A stretch of 61,157 nt of DNA, counting the filler, from Basidiobolus meristosporus CBS 931.73 (taxonomy: Eukaryota > Fungi > Basidiobolomycota), in NCBI GenBank assembly GCA_002104905.1. It is 3 parts of 3 records of this genome, joined end to end, with 100 filler letters (N's around TTAATTAATTAA, not from the genome) between each part and the next. Parts side by side here need not be neighbours in the genome. Positions count along the whole stretch, not along the records: positions 1 to 29,997 come from MCFE01000857.1; positions 30,098 to 44,451 come from MCFE01001179.1; 1 more part is not named here. One strand, written 5' to 3'. Below the pieces are notes generated by a model. The model was not told where the DNA came from and searched no databases. It saw only the letters and a list, made by a program, of their open reading frames with translations. The position numbers were made by a program, and so were the translations under genes. Positions 22,234-33,447 of the stretch are shown here, piece by piece; within the stretch, counting starts at the first letter, position 1; every line of letters starts with the position of its first letter.

Positions 22234-24744
22234 TTATGTTCCTACCCTATACTCGGTGGGATATTCCCCAACAACCAGAAGTCATGGAATTACTGATGGT
22301 TGCAATAGCCAGTCACCAAATCTTGGGCTTGGCAGATATCCCCGAAGTAGTTGGGATTTTTGACTAGGAAAGATATATATTGCGATGGAAGAGATCAAGT
22401 TGGTAAACCAGCGGATTGCCACGATCCCGAGGTCCATTCAAGTGGTTCCAACGCCTCCTGCATTCGCCCACATTTTCAACGCTCTTCCGCGGCATCTTCA
22501 CGGATCATACAATCCAAGGTTCGACAAATATAAGGGGTGCTGTATCTGAGCTCCGCCGACTCCCAGACATTTGATTTGGAGGAGGAGGAGGATGAAGCCC
22601 TTAACTGCGGCTGAAAACCAGAACCTACACGCGCCACTTCTTTCATGGTTACCCAGACTGGCACCCATGCTTGCCGAAAATAAGCGCTTCGAAACAAGGC
22701 GTAACATTGGCGTGGTCTTTAACTTAAGCTTAACTCTACAACCGGATGAATGGCATGGGCGGAAATTGGATGGATCAGACCACATTCTGAGCGCAGATCT
22801 CAGGGATTCCTCACCAGCTCCCGACTGGGCTGACAACCCCCCCCTCAACCCTAACCCTAGCCCTAACCCCTAGACCTGACGGCACAAAATGGGCATATAT
22901 TTAGTCCCTAGTTGGAGATCGGCGTGACTGTGGATACAACCCTTTCCCCCATTTCCGCCGGCCTTACCAAGATCCTCCATAATGCTACACCGCCGCACCG
23001 TGGGTTTTTCCGCCACATCATCACCACACGCGCGCACACTTGGGTCTTGATTGACCCATCAACAAGTGGATACGCATATCTCTACCTCTTCCGACAGTCC
23101 CTAAGCCCCTAAACTCGGCTTGCTAAGCCTACCCAAGAGACAGGCTTCTCAGAGGCACCGATGAATTAGATCCGTCGATATCACGGGCCCCGAGGATATG
23201 CCTCTTATGTTGGGGGCAAGGTGGTGGTGATGGTGATGGTGATGGTGAGGTCGGCTGTGTGGTGCGGTAGAAAAGGCCAAAAGCAAATCCCCCCTACATT
23301 CATTCCCGACCTTTCCCGCGACATGACGTCAACATTTCCTTGGAGAATTCAATCCAATCCAATCCAATCTAAACCACTGATCTGGAAGTGATAAGTTTGG
23401 CTCCAACATAATGGATGGCGTTCGCACATCCCGCGCAACCTTCGGGGGATACAAGACAAGGGAGCGTGGCTATCATCAGGGCTCATTACATACGGGGAGT
23501 GTTGCCGCATCTCAGGGAGATTTGAATCGCTTCTATCTCTCTCTCTCTCTCTCGCTCCCCCCCCCTGTAGATGATATCTGGCAAAGAAAGGATTAACGCA
23601 GGCCTAGACAGGCTTCCACAGTTGAGGGGTGGTTACTCCAAGATCAAGAAACATCACCTCGTCTTGAATGGGTCCATTTAAGCAAGTACATCTGTAGGTG
23701 GATATGTGTACCACCTCGTGAACACCCATGACTGGCGGACAATTTGACATTTCCTTACCGGAGTCCGACCAACTGCTCCGGAATGACCGACTAGAGATCG
23801 GGATGACCTCATTCGAGGGGGAGGGGGATTTCATTCCATCCTACTCCGCCCTACACCACGCGGGTATTCCGAGTCAGGCATCTATGAAATCATCCATATA
23901 TGCTTAATTTGATGGATGATCATCTACGTTATCGAGCCCACGGGATCCGCAACCGACCACTCACCCGATTCTGAACATCCCCCGGCCCCATACGGCAACC
24001 CAACCGCTTAGGCGAGGAAGATATGGGTTGGAGTCGATGGGAGCGGCCCGATTCGGTCCATATGGTAATCCTAGCCCCATCTCTATCTCTAGGGGGGATC
24101 CATTCGGCCGGGATCCACCTCGGAACATTCGAAATCAAGGATCCAGAAGGACCATCCAGATATGGTTAGGAGGTCACTGATGTTTGTGTTGGCCTCGATC
24201 ACCCGTGTGCGCCGGTCCTCTGGCGCCCACCCACCGCCTTTCAGCCCACCAACCGCTGATCTGCGGAGGGTTCTGGCGCTGCGCTGTCCACAGGTCGGTA
24301 TGACTCGGTAAATCCAGAGCAAACCCAGTGATTCGCACCACCGTCGACCCCAATCATGTCCGCATGCGTTCGTTTCGACTTCCATAAAAGTCCTCAGGGT
24401 AAGCAAACCAAGGTATCTGATGCTGACGAGCCTGATGCGCGGTCCCAAATCCGTGCTAGGCCGATAGCCAGATATATGTTGGCCACTGGTTCCATGGAAC
24501 ATTCCGCGCCTCTTCGAAAAGGGGGGGGTTATCGTTACCATGGGCATTCTTTGGAAAGCCATTGATAGGATACGCGTTGGCGTGAGTGTGAGTGTAAGTG
24601 CGAGAGTTGGGGTTGGGGGAGGGTGAATTTATTCTAACAACATTGATTTTCGAGAACATGTTACACGTGGGTCTAGTATGAGTTGGTTATGTACAGTAAG
24701 GTTTGGCGTGGATAGAACAATCTTTGCCACACGGAATTGGGGGT

Positions 24745-26070
24745 TCATTGGCGTTTGCGCTCGTTTCCCGGTGCTTCACTGGAATCAGAGCCAAGGGCTA
24801 GGGTTAGCGACATGTTCACTTGGCTGGACGCATATGCGCTGGACCTGCTTACCTCTCGGATTCACTTCTACAATCGGCCGCCTCGGATCCACGAATCACT
24901 TGGGTGATCACCCGGATGATTTGCGCGAACCAGTAGAGCATCAGCACCTGAAGGATGGCAAAGAGGGCGATGAAGAAGTACTGCAACTCGTGGCAGATGA
25001 ACTTCCCTTGCATGGGTCTGCAGTCGATGGTCAGGTAGACCTCCGCCTCCTGCCAGATACTCCACATGATCATGAAGAACAGGTAGTGGCGGGTGTAAGC
25101 CCACACCAAGACAAAACACCCGAATACGTGATCGCATAATTTCTGGAACTTGAGGTAGCGAAGACTTTTGGCCAGCTGGAATGACGTAAGGGTGAGCTGG
25201 TCGTGTCACACGGGAAGCCCTTAGATGAAGCATGAACTTACTGCTAGAACGACGTCCGCGGAATCCATGATGCAAAGAACGGCAGTCCCAATGCGGGTGA
25301 AGTATGTGACGTACGAACAAGTGACCATAAGACTGGTGACAACGTGGTGAACGATCATCTGGGGATAATCTTTACGTCTGTTTTCCGCGTGTAATACGAA
25401 GAACTGCTGCAACCAGAATCCGGTTTGAACAAGGTAGTACCACTTTGAAAGGTGAGGGATCGCCTTGTGGGGATAGTCGATCCAGAAGTGCGAGGTGTTT
25501 CTCCAGAAAGGACTGTTGTATATGATGTACTATCGCAAGGTCGACGGTTAGTAGGCGAGCGAGAGGGAGGGGGATGGTATGGGTGAGCTACATACAAATC
25601 CAATCGACCACGAAACGGCGTAGTAAACGAACAGCCAGCTCTGCTCCAAAAACTTGTGCAGTGTGCGATAGCTACGGATCCCCCCGTGCTTAGCAATGGG
25701 CTTCAGCACGTATTCCATGACTGCCGCACGAATGAACGTGAAAGCGACCACCCAAAAGGAAATAAAGTACAGATCATCCGTGCCGTTCAAGTAAAGGTTT
25801 TCCTCGCCGGGGACACGGTATTGAATTCTCAGGAATTTGGCAGCCAGGGGGATACGTAGGATATCTCCGGTGATGATGGCCAGGATAATGATAAGGGGAA
25901 TTTCTGAAGGGCCAGGTTAGCGTTCGGCAGAACGAGAGGAAGCGAAGTCTAGACGTGGGCTTACCTATTTGATGCTCGACCAGCATGTTCCAAGCTAACC
26001 TCAGGGACCCTTGGTAGCTGAACTTTTTGCTGTTGAATAGGAGGTGGCTGGCATGGGTTTTTGCATCCAT
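24745..26070 (-). CDS. LAG1: Ceramide synthase (LAG1/LAC1, TLC domain), 352 aa, 5 exons: 26070-25965, 25903-25596, 25529-25242, 25175-24853, 24778-24745
   Basis: Lag1 motif RKDYPQMIVHHVVTSLM..SY...FTRIG.AVLCIMDSADVVLALAK.LRY. Four GT-AG introns with CTAAC-like branch sites; the spliced length of 1059 nt is in frame. Confidence 0.9.
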
Positions 26071-26944
26071 TGTATGTGAGTAGGAGCGGTCTCTAGGCCA
26101 GGGGAAGGATTAGGTGAAGCGAATTAAAGGCAGAATGGTAACGTTTGTTTTGAAGGTTAACGACTCAGGAGGTGGGCAACACATATATATATAGAATTTT
26201 CTGGGTTCCGTGGATATCAAGATGGGGTTAGAAAATCCCGACACCACGAGCATTGTCCTTTTTCATTTGAATACAATCTTCGATTTGATGATGTAACCGG
26301 TGGGATATAATCAGTACTGCGGATAAACCAGTGCCGTTATGGTTGATGGGTAATCATTATTAATCTACGCTCGAATCCAAGTTCGAATCCATGCTCGAAT
26401 CCTAAATACTCCACATCGGTAAGGGGAATCAAGGTGAATCAAGGGGAATCAAGGGGAATCAATATACAGTGGATCTACCAATTAGTCAGCCCAAACCCTA
26501 AGAATACAACATGTAATACAATAAGAGTAATACATAGATAAATAAGTCCCAGTTTGTCCAGGAAAAGATCCATGGGAAATCAAAGTGCCCCAAATCCTAT
26601 TCAGGGTCCAATTTTTTGCCATATCACCGCCACTTTGGATGTCTCATTGGTTGGCCTGGACCTTCAAGAAAATACCTGACACAACCTGCAGAGCCAGCCA
26701 GTCGGCACAACCCATAGAACCATCCACCAGACTCTCTAATCCTACACCTACTACATCAATCCCCCGTTCGCGCTTCCCTCACATGTATTCAGGATAAACC
26801 GCGGGCTATTTACCCATTGTGTACTGGAATAGGCAAGAAGCTGATGGACTTTATTGGTACTGATTACCGTATTGGGTTGTCTCGATAAATCAGGTTAGCG
26901 AAGATTTCTGGTTGATTGGATTGGGCTAGGTTCCGGTGAGGTAC

Positions 26945-28166
26945 TTATGCGACCGAGTTGTAGGCTAGAAGGTTGGGAGTATCAGCGGCGATCCCGACTA
27001 CGGCATTTTGGGTTGCGTGAGAACTCAAGGCCTGGTACAGGTCGTCTGGAGTCTGGAAAGTCTTCTGCGACAGATACAATGCAGCAATCCCTGCAACATG
27101 AGGACTAGCCATACTTGTCCCCGAGATCTGGTTGGTAGCGCCGTTGCCTCCGATCCAGGCCGAGGTGATGTCCACTCCCGGCGCGAAGATCTTCACGCAT
27201 TTCCCGAAGTTGCTAAAATCAGCTTGGGCATCGGTGATGGCCGTGGCACCGACTGCCAAAACTGAACGGCCATTAGCGGGTGAAACATTGCATGCATCCT
27301 GACTTTCATTACCCGCGGCCACGATGAAGCTAACCCCCGCTTTGACGGCTGCGGTGATGGCGTCATTGAGCGCATCGCTATTACCGCCTCCCAGGGACAT
27401 ATTTGCAACACTCTTACGCCCGGTGGTTTTGGCCTGATTAGCTACCCAGTCTATTCCTGATAAGACGCCCGTCGTGGTCCCACTACCATCTCCTCCCAGA
27501 ACCTTGACGCCGATGAGTCTAACCTTCTTGGCCACCCCGTAGGTTGCTCCTCCCACCGTAGCCGCGACGTGGGTTCCATGGCCATTGAGGTCGTCCGTAG
27601 CCTCTCCATCAATAAAGCTGATTGGGAGAGTGGCTCTGCCCTGGAAGTCGGAGTGCTTGACGTTGATGCCGGTGTCGATGATGTACACATCAACCCCATC
27701 TCCAGCCTGGTCAGGGTAGTTGTAGACGAGCGTTTTATTGAGGGCTGGATGCTGCGATACCCTTGCAAGACCCCAACTCGGCGGGTTGTTCTGGGTGGCG
27801 GAGATCTTGAAGATCTGTTCGGCTTCGATGTACTCGATGTTATCGTTGCTTCTTAAATCCGACACAAGGGATTCGGTCAAGACACCAGCGTATGCAAAGT
27901 AGTCGTCCATGGAGATTTTGACTTTCAGCTCCGCGTGGTTTCCGTCTCGAGCGCGGTTGTGCAGGTCCAGCTTACTCTTCAGATAGCGATCAACTAGGAA
28001 GTGGGGTTAGAAACAGACCGGCCCATTGGGTCAAACATGACTAACCTTCTTGCGGGTCGGCGGTGTTCTTGATCTTGACCACGTAGCGGTTGGTGAGACT
28101 GCTTTGAGCACCTACGGCTGAGCTGATGACCAAAACCACCAGGGCGAAGAGAGTGGAGCCTTTCAT
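26945..28166 (-). CDS. Secreted subtilisin-like serine protease (S8A, proteinase K type) with I9-type prodomain, 389 aa, 2 exons (intron 27994-28045)
   Basis: Signal peptide MKGSTLFALVVLVISSAVGA. Catalytic motifs YIIDTG, HGTHVA and GTSMASPHVAG. Spliced length 1170 nt. Confidence 0.93.
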
Positions 28167-29121
28167 GTTGCTGCTATTGTTGTTTCCAAATTCGTCTCGA
28201 CTCCACTGACTTTATACTTGCGGCCTGGTGGTGGGAAGACCCAATACTTTGAATACCCACTCCGACGAAGAAATGATGAAGATTGCCGGGTGCACCACAC
28301 TATGCTATTGGAAAGATTGGTCGATATGTACATCTATGGCCACCCCCTGAGCTCAAGATCCACCTTCATTTCCCCAAAATAGGTATGGAAATGGGCCTCT
28401 TGAGCTATGATGGGTATCGATCAACAAGCTGATTAGATTGCGTGATTTATTTCTTCTGGAGTAGGAGTGAAGAACTACTGCTACACGGCTGTGCCTCCCT
28501 CCTTTTTGGACCCGATCGTTGGGATGAAGTTGGGTGACTAATAATGATATCCCATCTCCAGTTCTGGCATTGCTCACAGTCTGTTATGCAGAAATGGCTT
28601 ACTTTAAACCAATATTGTGGATTGTGCTTTGCAGAAATGGCTTACTCTAAACCAACATTGTGGATTGCTGCATCAAACCAGATAAGAAGCACATCTGACC
28701 TATGAAACACACTGATCTAGACAGCCTCACCCACAGCCCTCAGCCATTGATAGTTCAACATTTTCAACATGTATAGCCAGTTAGTTCCACTACCTTGAGC
28801 TCTTTTGGAAGCATCAACTATGTTGAAAGATTGGCTGAAAACCCAGCAAGTGGATTATGTACTTGGAGATTATTCTGTATTTTGGTACCAGCAAGGACTG
28901 GATTTACCTTACACCATGTTTACTTCACATACCGTGAGCACCACTCAATCATCCCTTCAGATTGCCATGGCGAGAATACTGTATTCAGATCTCGGTTTCT
29001 TTGAAAATCCTCATTCCAGGATGACATCATATTTCACCAGTCCCAAACCCCATGGGGATATCAGTAAAGGGGAATCCCATCACTCACCCTCACTTGGTTA
29101 TCCCATCATAGCTACCAGAAG

Positions 29122-29502
29122 ATGGCCCCGGTAAGCCCGTCCGCGTATTTGCCTTACCCGCTCCCTCATTGACCCCAACTGGGTTTCCGCTAGTTCACCC
29201 CAGTCAACCCACGTCCTTTCCTGCAAGAGCTCACCGGAAAACCGGTGCTCGTCCACTTGAAGTGGGGCACTGAGTACAAGGGAGTATTGGTTTCGGTCGA
29301 CTCGTACATGAACATTCAGCTAGCTAACACTGAGGAATTCACCGACGGTACTTCCACCGGGGCCCTCGGCGAGGTGCTCATCAGGTGACCAACGCTTAAC
29401 CTCCCACTTGACTGGCGGGTAGTGCCGACTAACCAGACTCTTTCTACGCTTAGGTGCAACAACATACTGTACATCAGGGGTGCGGAAGACGAACAGCCGT
29501 AG
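29122..29502 (+). CDS. SMX3: Small nuclear ribonucleoprotein SmF, 82 aa, 3 exons: 29122-29130, 29194-29384, 29454-29502
   Basis: [54 protein letters not shown]...[17 protein letters not shown] matches SmF. Two GT-AG introns. Absent from the supplied ORF track. Confidence 0.92.
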
Positions 29503-29997
29503 TAGCTGGCGACCGCCAGGGAACAGCCCAAGAACCACACGCTATTTCATGATATAAGTTTGACCCTCTTCTGCCGCGAAAAGCTACAACGAGGGGAGGT
29601 GCGCCTGCTGGTGCACTTACCCTCAAACCCAATAAAAAAAGGACGGGCAGTCCTTTAGTTTCCACATAGTGCAGGGTGGAGAAAAATCGAGGTTTATTCG
29701 AGGATTGTTCGGGGAAGGGGTTAATTATCTTGGTTGGCTTCTTGATTCTCGGATTCCTCCGAGTATTTGTGGATCAGATCGGCTGCTTTCTGGCTCCAAG
29801 GAGCCAATGCATCCTGGTCTTTGGGTGTTTGTAGGGAGAGAAGATGGATCAAGGTGGTGCGAAGCTAGATGAGAGTCGGATCAGCATCCGTGATACGGGC
29901 ATAAAGCGCAGACAACGTGGTCGAAACAATACCTGGCTCGCCAATTGGCGTTGGTACTTGAATTCAGAGAAGTCCGTGTTGTTCATGTCGTGTACGT

Positions 29998-30097
29998 NNN
30001 NNNNNNNNNNNNNNNNNNNNNNNNNNNNNNNNNNNNNNNNNTTAATTAATTAANNNNNNNNNNNNNNNNNNNNNNNNNNNNNNNNNNNNNNNNNNNN
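29998..30097. other. Assembly gap (N run with an artificial TTAATTAATTAA stuffer at 30042-30053)
   Basis: 100-nt N block; the same stuffer occurs in the second gap. Confidence 0.97.
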
Positions 30098-32556
30098 CCG
30101 CCGTTTCCGGTGTCGTAAGCTCCAGCGCCACCATTGCCACCTCCATTACCGCCGTTGTCGCCGCCATTTCCTCCACCGTTACCAGGGCCATAGCCGCCTG
30201 CACTGCCGTTACCACCGCCATTGTCACCACCGTTACCGCCATTGCCACCTCCATTACCGCCGTTGTCGCCGCCATTTCCTCCACCGTTACCAGGGCCGTA
30301 GCCACCTGCACCGCCGTTGCCACCGCCATTTCCACCATTGTCACCACCGTTACCGCCGCCGTTTCCAGTGTCGTAAGCGCCGGCTCCGCCATTACCACCT
30401 CCATTGCCGCCGTTGCCTCCGTTATCACCACCGTTTCCTCCACCATTACCAGGACCATAGCCACCAGCACCACCGCTGCCTCCTCCATTACCACCGCTGC
30501 CTCCTCCATTACCACCGTTGTCTCCGCCATTGCCACCGTTACCACCGCCGTTTCCAGTGTCGTAGGCTCCAGCTCCACCATTGCCGGCACCGCCGTTACC
30601 ACCATTATCGCCACCATTTCCTCCACCGTTACCAGGGCCATAGCCGCCTGCGCCACCGTTACCACCACCATTTCCTCCATTGTCACCACCGTTGCCGCCA
30701 TTGCCACCGCCGTTTCCAGTGTCGTAAGCTCCAGCACCACCATTGCCAGCCCCGCCGTTACCTCCGCCGTTGCCACCATTATCGCCACCATTTCCTCCAC
30801 CGTTACCAGGGCCATAGCCGCCTGCACCGCCGTTGCCACCGCCATTTCCACCATTGTCACCACCGTTACCGCCATTGCCGCCGCCGTTTCCGGTGTCATA
30901 AGCTCCAGCGCCACCATTGCCACCTCCATTACCGCCGTTGTCGCCGCCATTTCCTCCACCGTTACCAGGGCCGTAGCCGCCTGCACCGCCGTTGCCACCG
31001 CCATTTCCACCATTGTCACCACCGTTACCGCCGCCGTTTCCAGTGTCGTAAGCGCCGGCTCCGCCATTACCACCTCCATTGCCGCCGTTGCCTCCGTTAT
31101 CACCACCGTTTCCTCCACCATTACCAGGACCATAGCCGCCAGCTCCACCATTGTCTCCACCATTACCGCCTCCGTTACCACCGTTTCCAGTGTCGTAAGC
31201 TCCAGCACCACCATTACCTCCGCCGTTGCCGCTGTTATCGCCGCCATTTCCTCCACCATTACCAGGACCATAGCCGCCAGCGCCGCCGTTGCTACCACCA
31301 TTTCCACCGTTGTCACCGCCATTGCCGCCGTTACCTCCGCCGTTTCCAGTGTCGTATGCTCCGGCACCGCCGTTACCACCACCATTGCCGCCGTTACCAC
31401 CGTTGTCTCCTCCATTTCCTCCACCGTTGCCAGGGCCATAGCCGCCGGCACCACCATTGCCACCGCCATTTCCACCATTGTCACCACCGTTGCCACCGCC
31501 GTTTCCAGTGTCGTAACCACCAGCACCGCCATTACCACCTCCATTGCCGCCGTTACCTCCGTTATCACCACCGTTTGCACCGCCATTACCAGGGCCGTAA
31601 CCACCAGCACCGCCATTACCACCACCATTTCCTCCGTTGTCACCACCGTTACCGCCATTTCCACCACCGTTTCCAGTATCGTAAGCTCCAGCACCACCAT
31701 TTCCTCCGTTATTGCCGCCATTTCCTCCACCGTTACCACCGTTGTCGCCACCATTACCGCCGTTGCCACCGCCGTTTCCAGTGTCGTAAGATCCAGCGCC
31801 ACCATTGCCGCCTCCGTTTCCACCGTTGTCACCACCGTTTCCACCACCATTACCAGGACCGTAACCACCAGCACCGCCATTTCCACCGCTGCCACCGCCA
31901 TTTCCACCGTTGCCACCGCCATTTCCGGTGTCGTAGGCACCAACGCCGCCATTGCCACCTCCGTTTCCTCCGTTGTCACCGCCATTACCTCCTCCGTTAC
32001 CGCCACCATTTCCTCCGCCGTTACCAGGACCATAACCGCCGCTACCTCCATTGCCGCTTCCACCGTTGTCACCACCATTACCACCGCCGTTGCCAGAGTC
32101 GTAAGCGCCAGCACCACCATTGCCTCCTCCATTGCCGCCGTTGTCACCACCGTTACCTCCTCCGTTGCTAGGACCATAGCCGCCGCTTCCTCCATTTCCT
32201 CCACCGTTTCCACCATTGTCGCCACCATTGCCACCATTTCCGGTGTCATAGCCTCCGGCACCACCATTGCCTCCTCCGTTACCACCGCTCCCTCCGTTGT
32301 CACCACCATTACCTCCGCCATTGCCTGGGCCATAGCCGCCGTTTCCACCGTTTCCACCACCGCCATTACCGGCTCCATTTCCTGCATAATCGGGCGCACC
32401 ACCGTTTCCTGCACCACCGGAGTCACCACCGTTGAACACATCGGTCACATCGTAAGCGCCATTGCTTCGTGCCCAAAAGCGACGATCGATGGTGGCGGAG
32501 TTGATGGCAGCAACGCCGGACAGGATGCAGAGGAGTTTTGGTGCGGAGAATTTCAT
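30098..32556 (-). CDS. Secreted Gly/Asn-rich tandem-repeat protein with Tyr-anchored modules (>819 aa; C-terminus lost in the gap)
   Basis: ATG at 32556, signal-like N-terminus MKFSAPKLLCILSGVAAINSA and a dibasic RR at residues 25-26. The open frame runs 2.46 kb, with varied synonymous Gly/Asn codons. Confidence 0.88.
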
Positions 32557-33447
32557 AGTGGATTAAAGTAGCGTAAATTAAAGTAAAGAGAAGAGATTGT
32601 TCGGGTATCTAGATAAAGAATATTATGCAGATAATAAGTCGGTGCGGTCACTCCAACGAAAATCTCTCCCTTTTATAGTGACCGAGGGTAAATCGGTGCT
32701 TTTCGCTTCCCCCTTAGTCTCCTGATTCCTATTCCCCTAAGACGCATTCTTCCCCTGATAACGTATGCCACGGGTTTTAGTTCCGTAAGCTCGATGCCAG
32801 ATTCCCCCACAACCGACATTGTGGACATTCTTCCTGATGGCCGATTTTTTCCCTTCCATCGGTGCAAGTTCACAATGGAAGCAATGTGTGCATCCAGGCC
32901 ATTATCTGACCATTCTTACTACGCGAGGCAGTAAGCATGCAATCGAGGTCGTAGGAAAAGGGGGGAAATATCCCGGAAAATCTCATTTAGTTTGAAATGA
33001 TGAAAAGGAGATTCATTTAAACAATCAGCCATAAGTCTTACACCTGCTCATTGATCTGTCGTACAGATCCTTAGCTTTATACAATGACTGTCCCTGTTGT
33101 TGCTCCAAATATACAACTGTCCCTGTTGGGGCTTCAAATTTCCTAATTTTTATTTTCGTTCATGGTTTCATGATCGAACGAACATACGCCATCAGAAGTG
33201 GATTGCTTTACCATGATTCCATCACCTGGGTTTTATGCTCTATTGGTATACTTTTGCATACCAAGACAAAAACTGATTATCGTCATTTGAACAGAGATGT
33301 GGGACTCCTAACAGTAAATGCTTCAATGTTGACAGCTGTTAAGTTTAAGTTTATTGAATTCAATCCACCCACATGAACAATTAAATTGTTCTAGCTTGGT
33401 GTTCTGCCTACTAATCTGGTAAATTTTGCAGAACTCTTGGTTAATCC

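Noticed and set aside
23219-23248. Poly-His-coding (CACCAT)n on the minus strand
   Set aside because: The surrounding frame is short, with no clear start or homology; treated as a microsatellite.
26381-26390. GTTCGAATCC, resembling a tRNA T-loop/B-box
   Set aside because: There is no A-box or cloverleaf nearby, and it is part of a local TCGAATCC repeat.
28805-29134. 109-aa ORF with VLGDY, resembling a LINE endonuclease GDFN motif
   Set aside because: A single weak motif with no other APE or RT signatures.
30042-30053. TTAATTAATTAA palindrome (also at 44496-44507)
   Set aside because: It is centred in N runs and stops all six frames; it is an assembly stuffer.
30042-32441. 799-aa Val/Met/Ala/Thr ORF (minus strand) and 271-aa His/Arg/Cys ORF (31356-32171, plus strand)
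   Set aside because: These are shadow frames of the GGN/AAY repeat; only the Gly/Asn frame has a signal peptide and synonymous-site variation.
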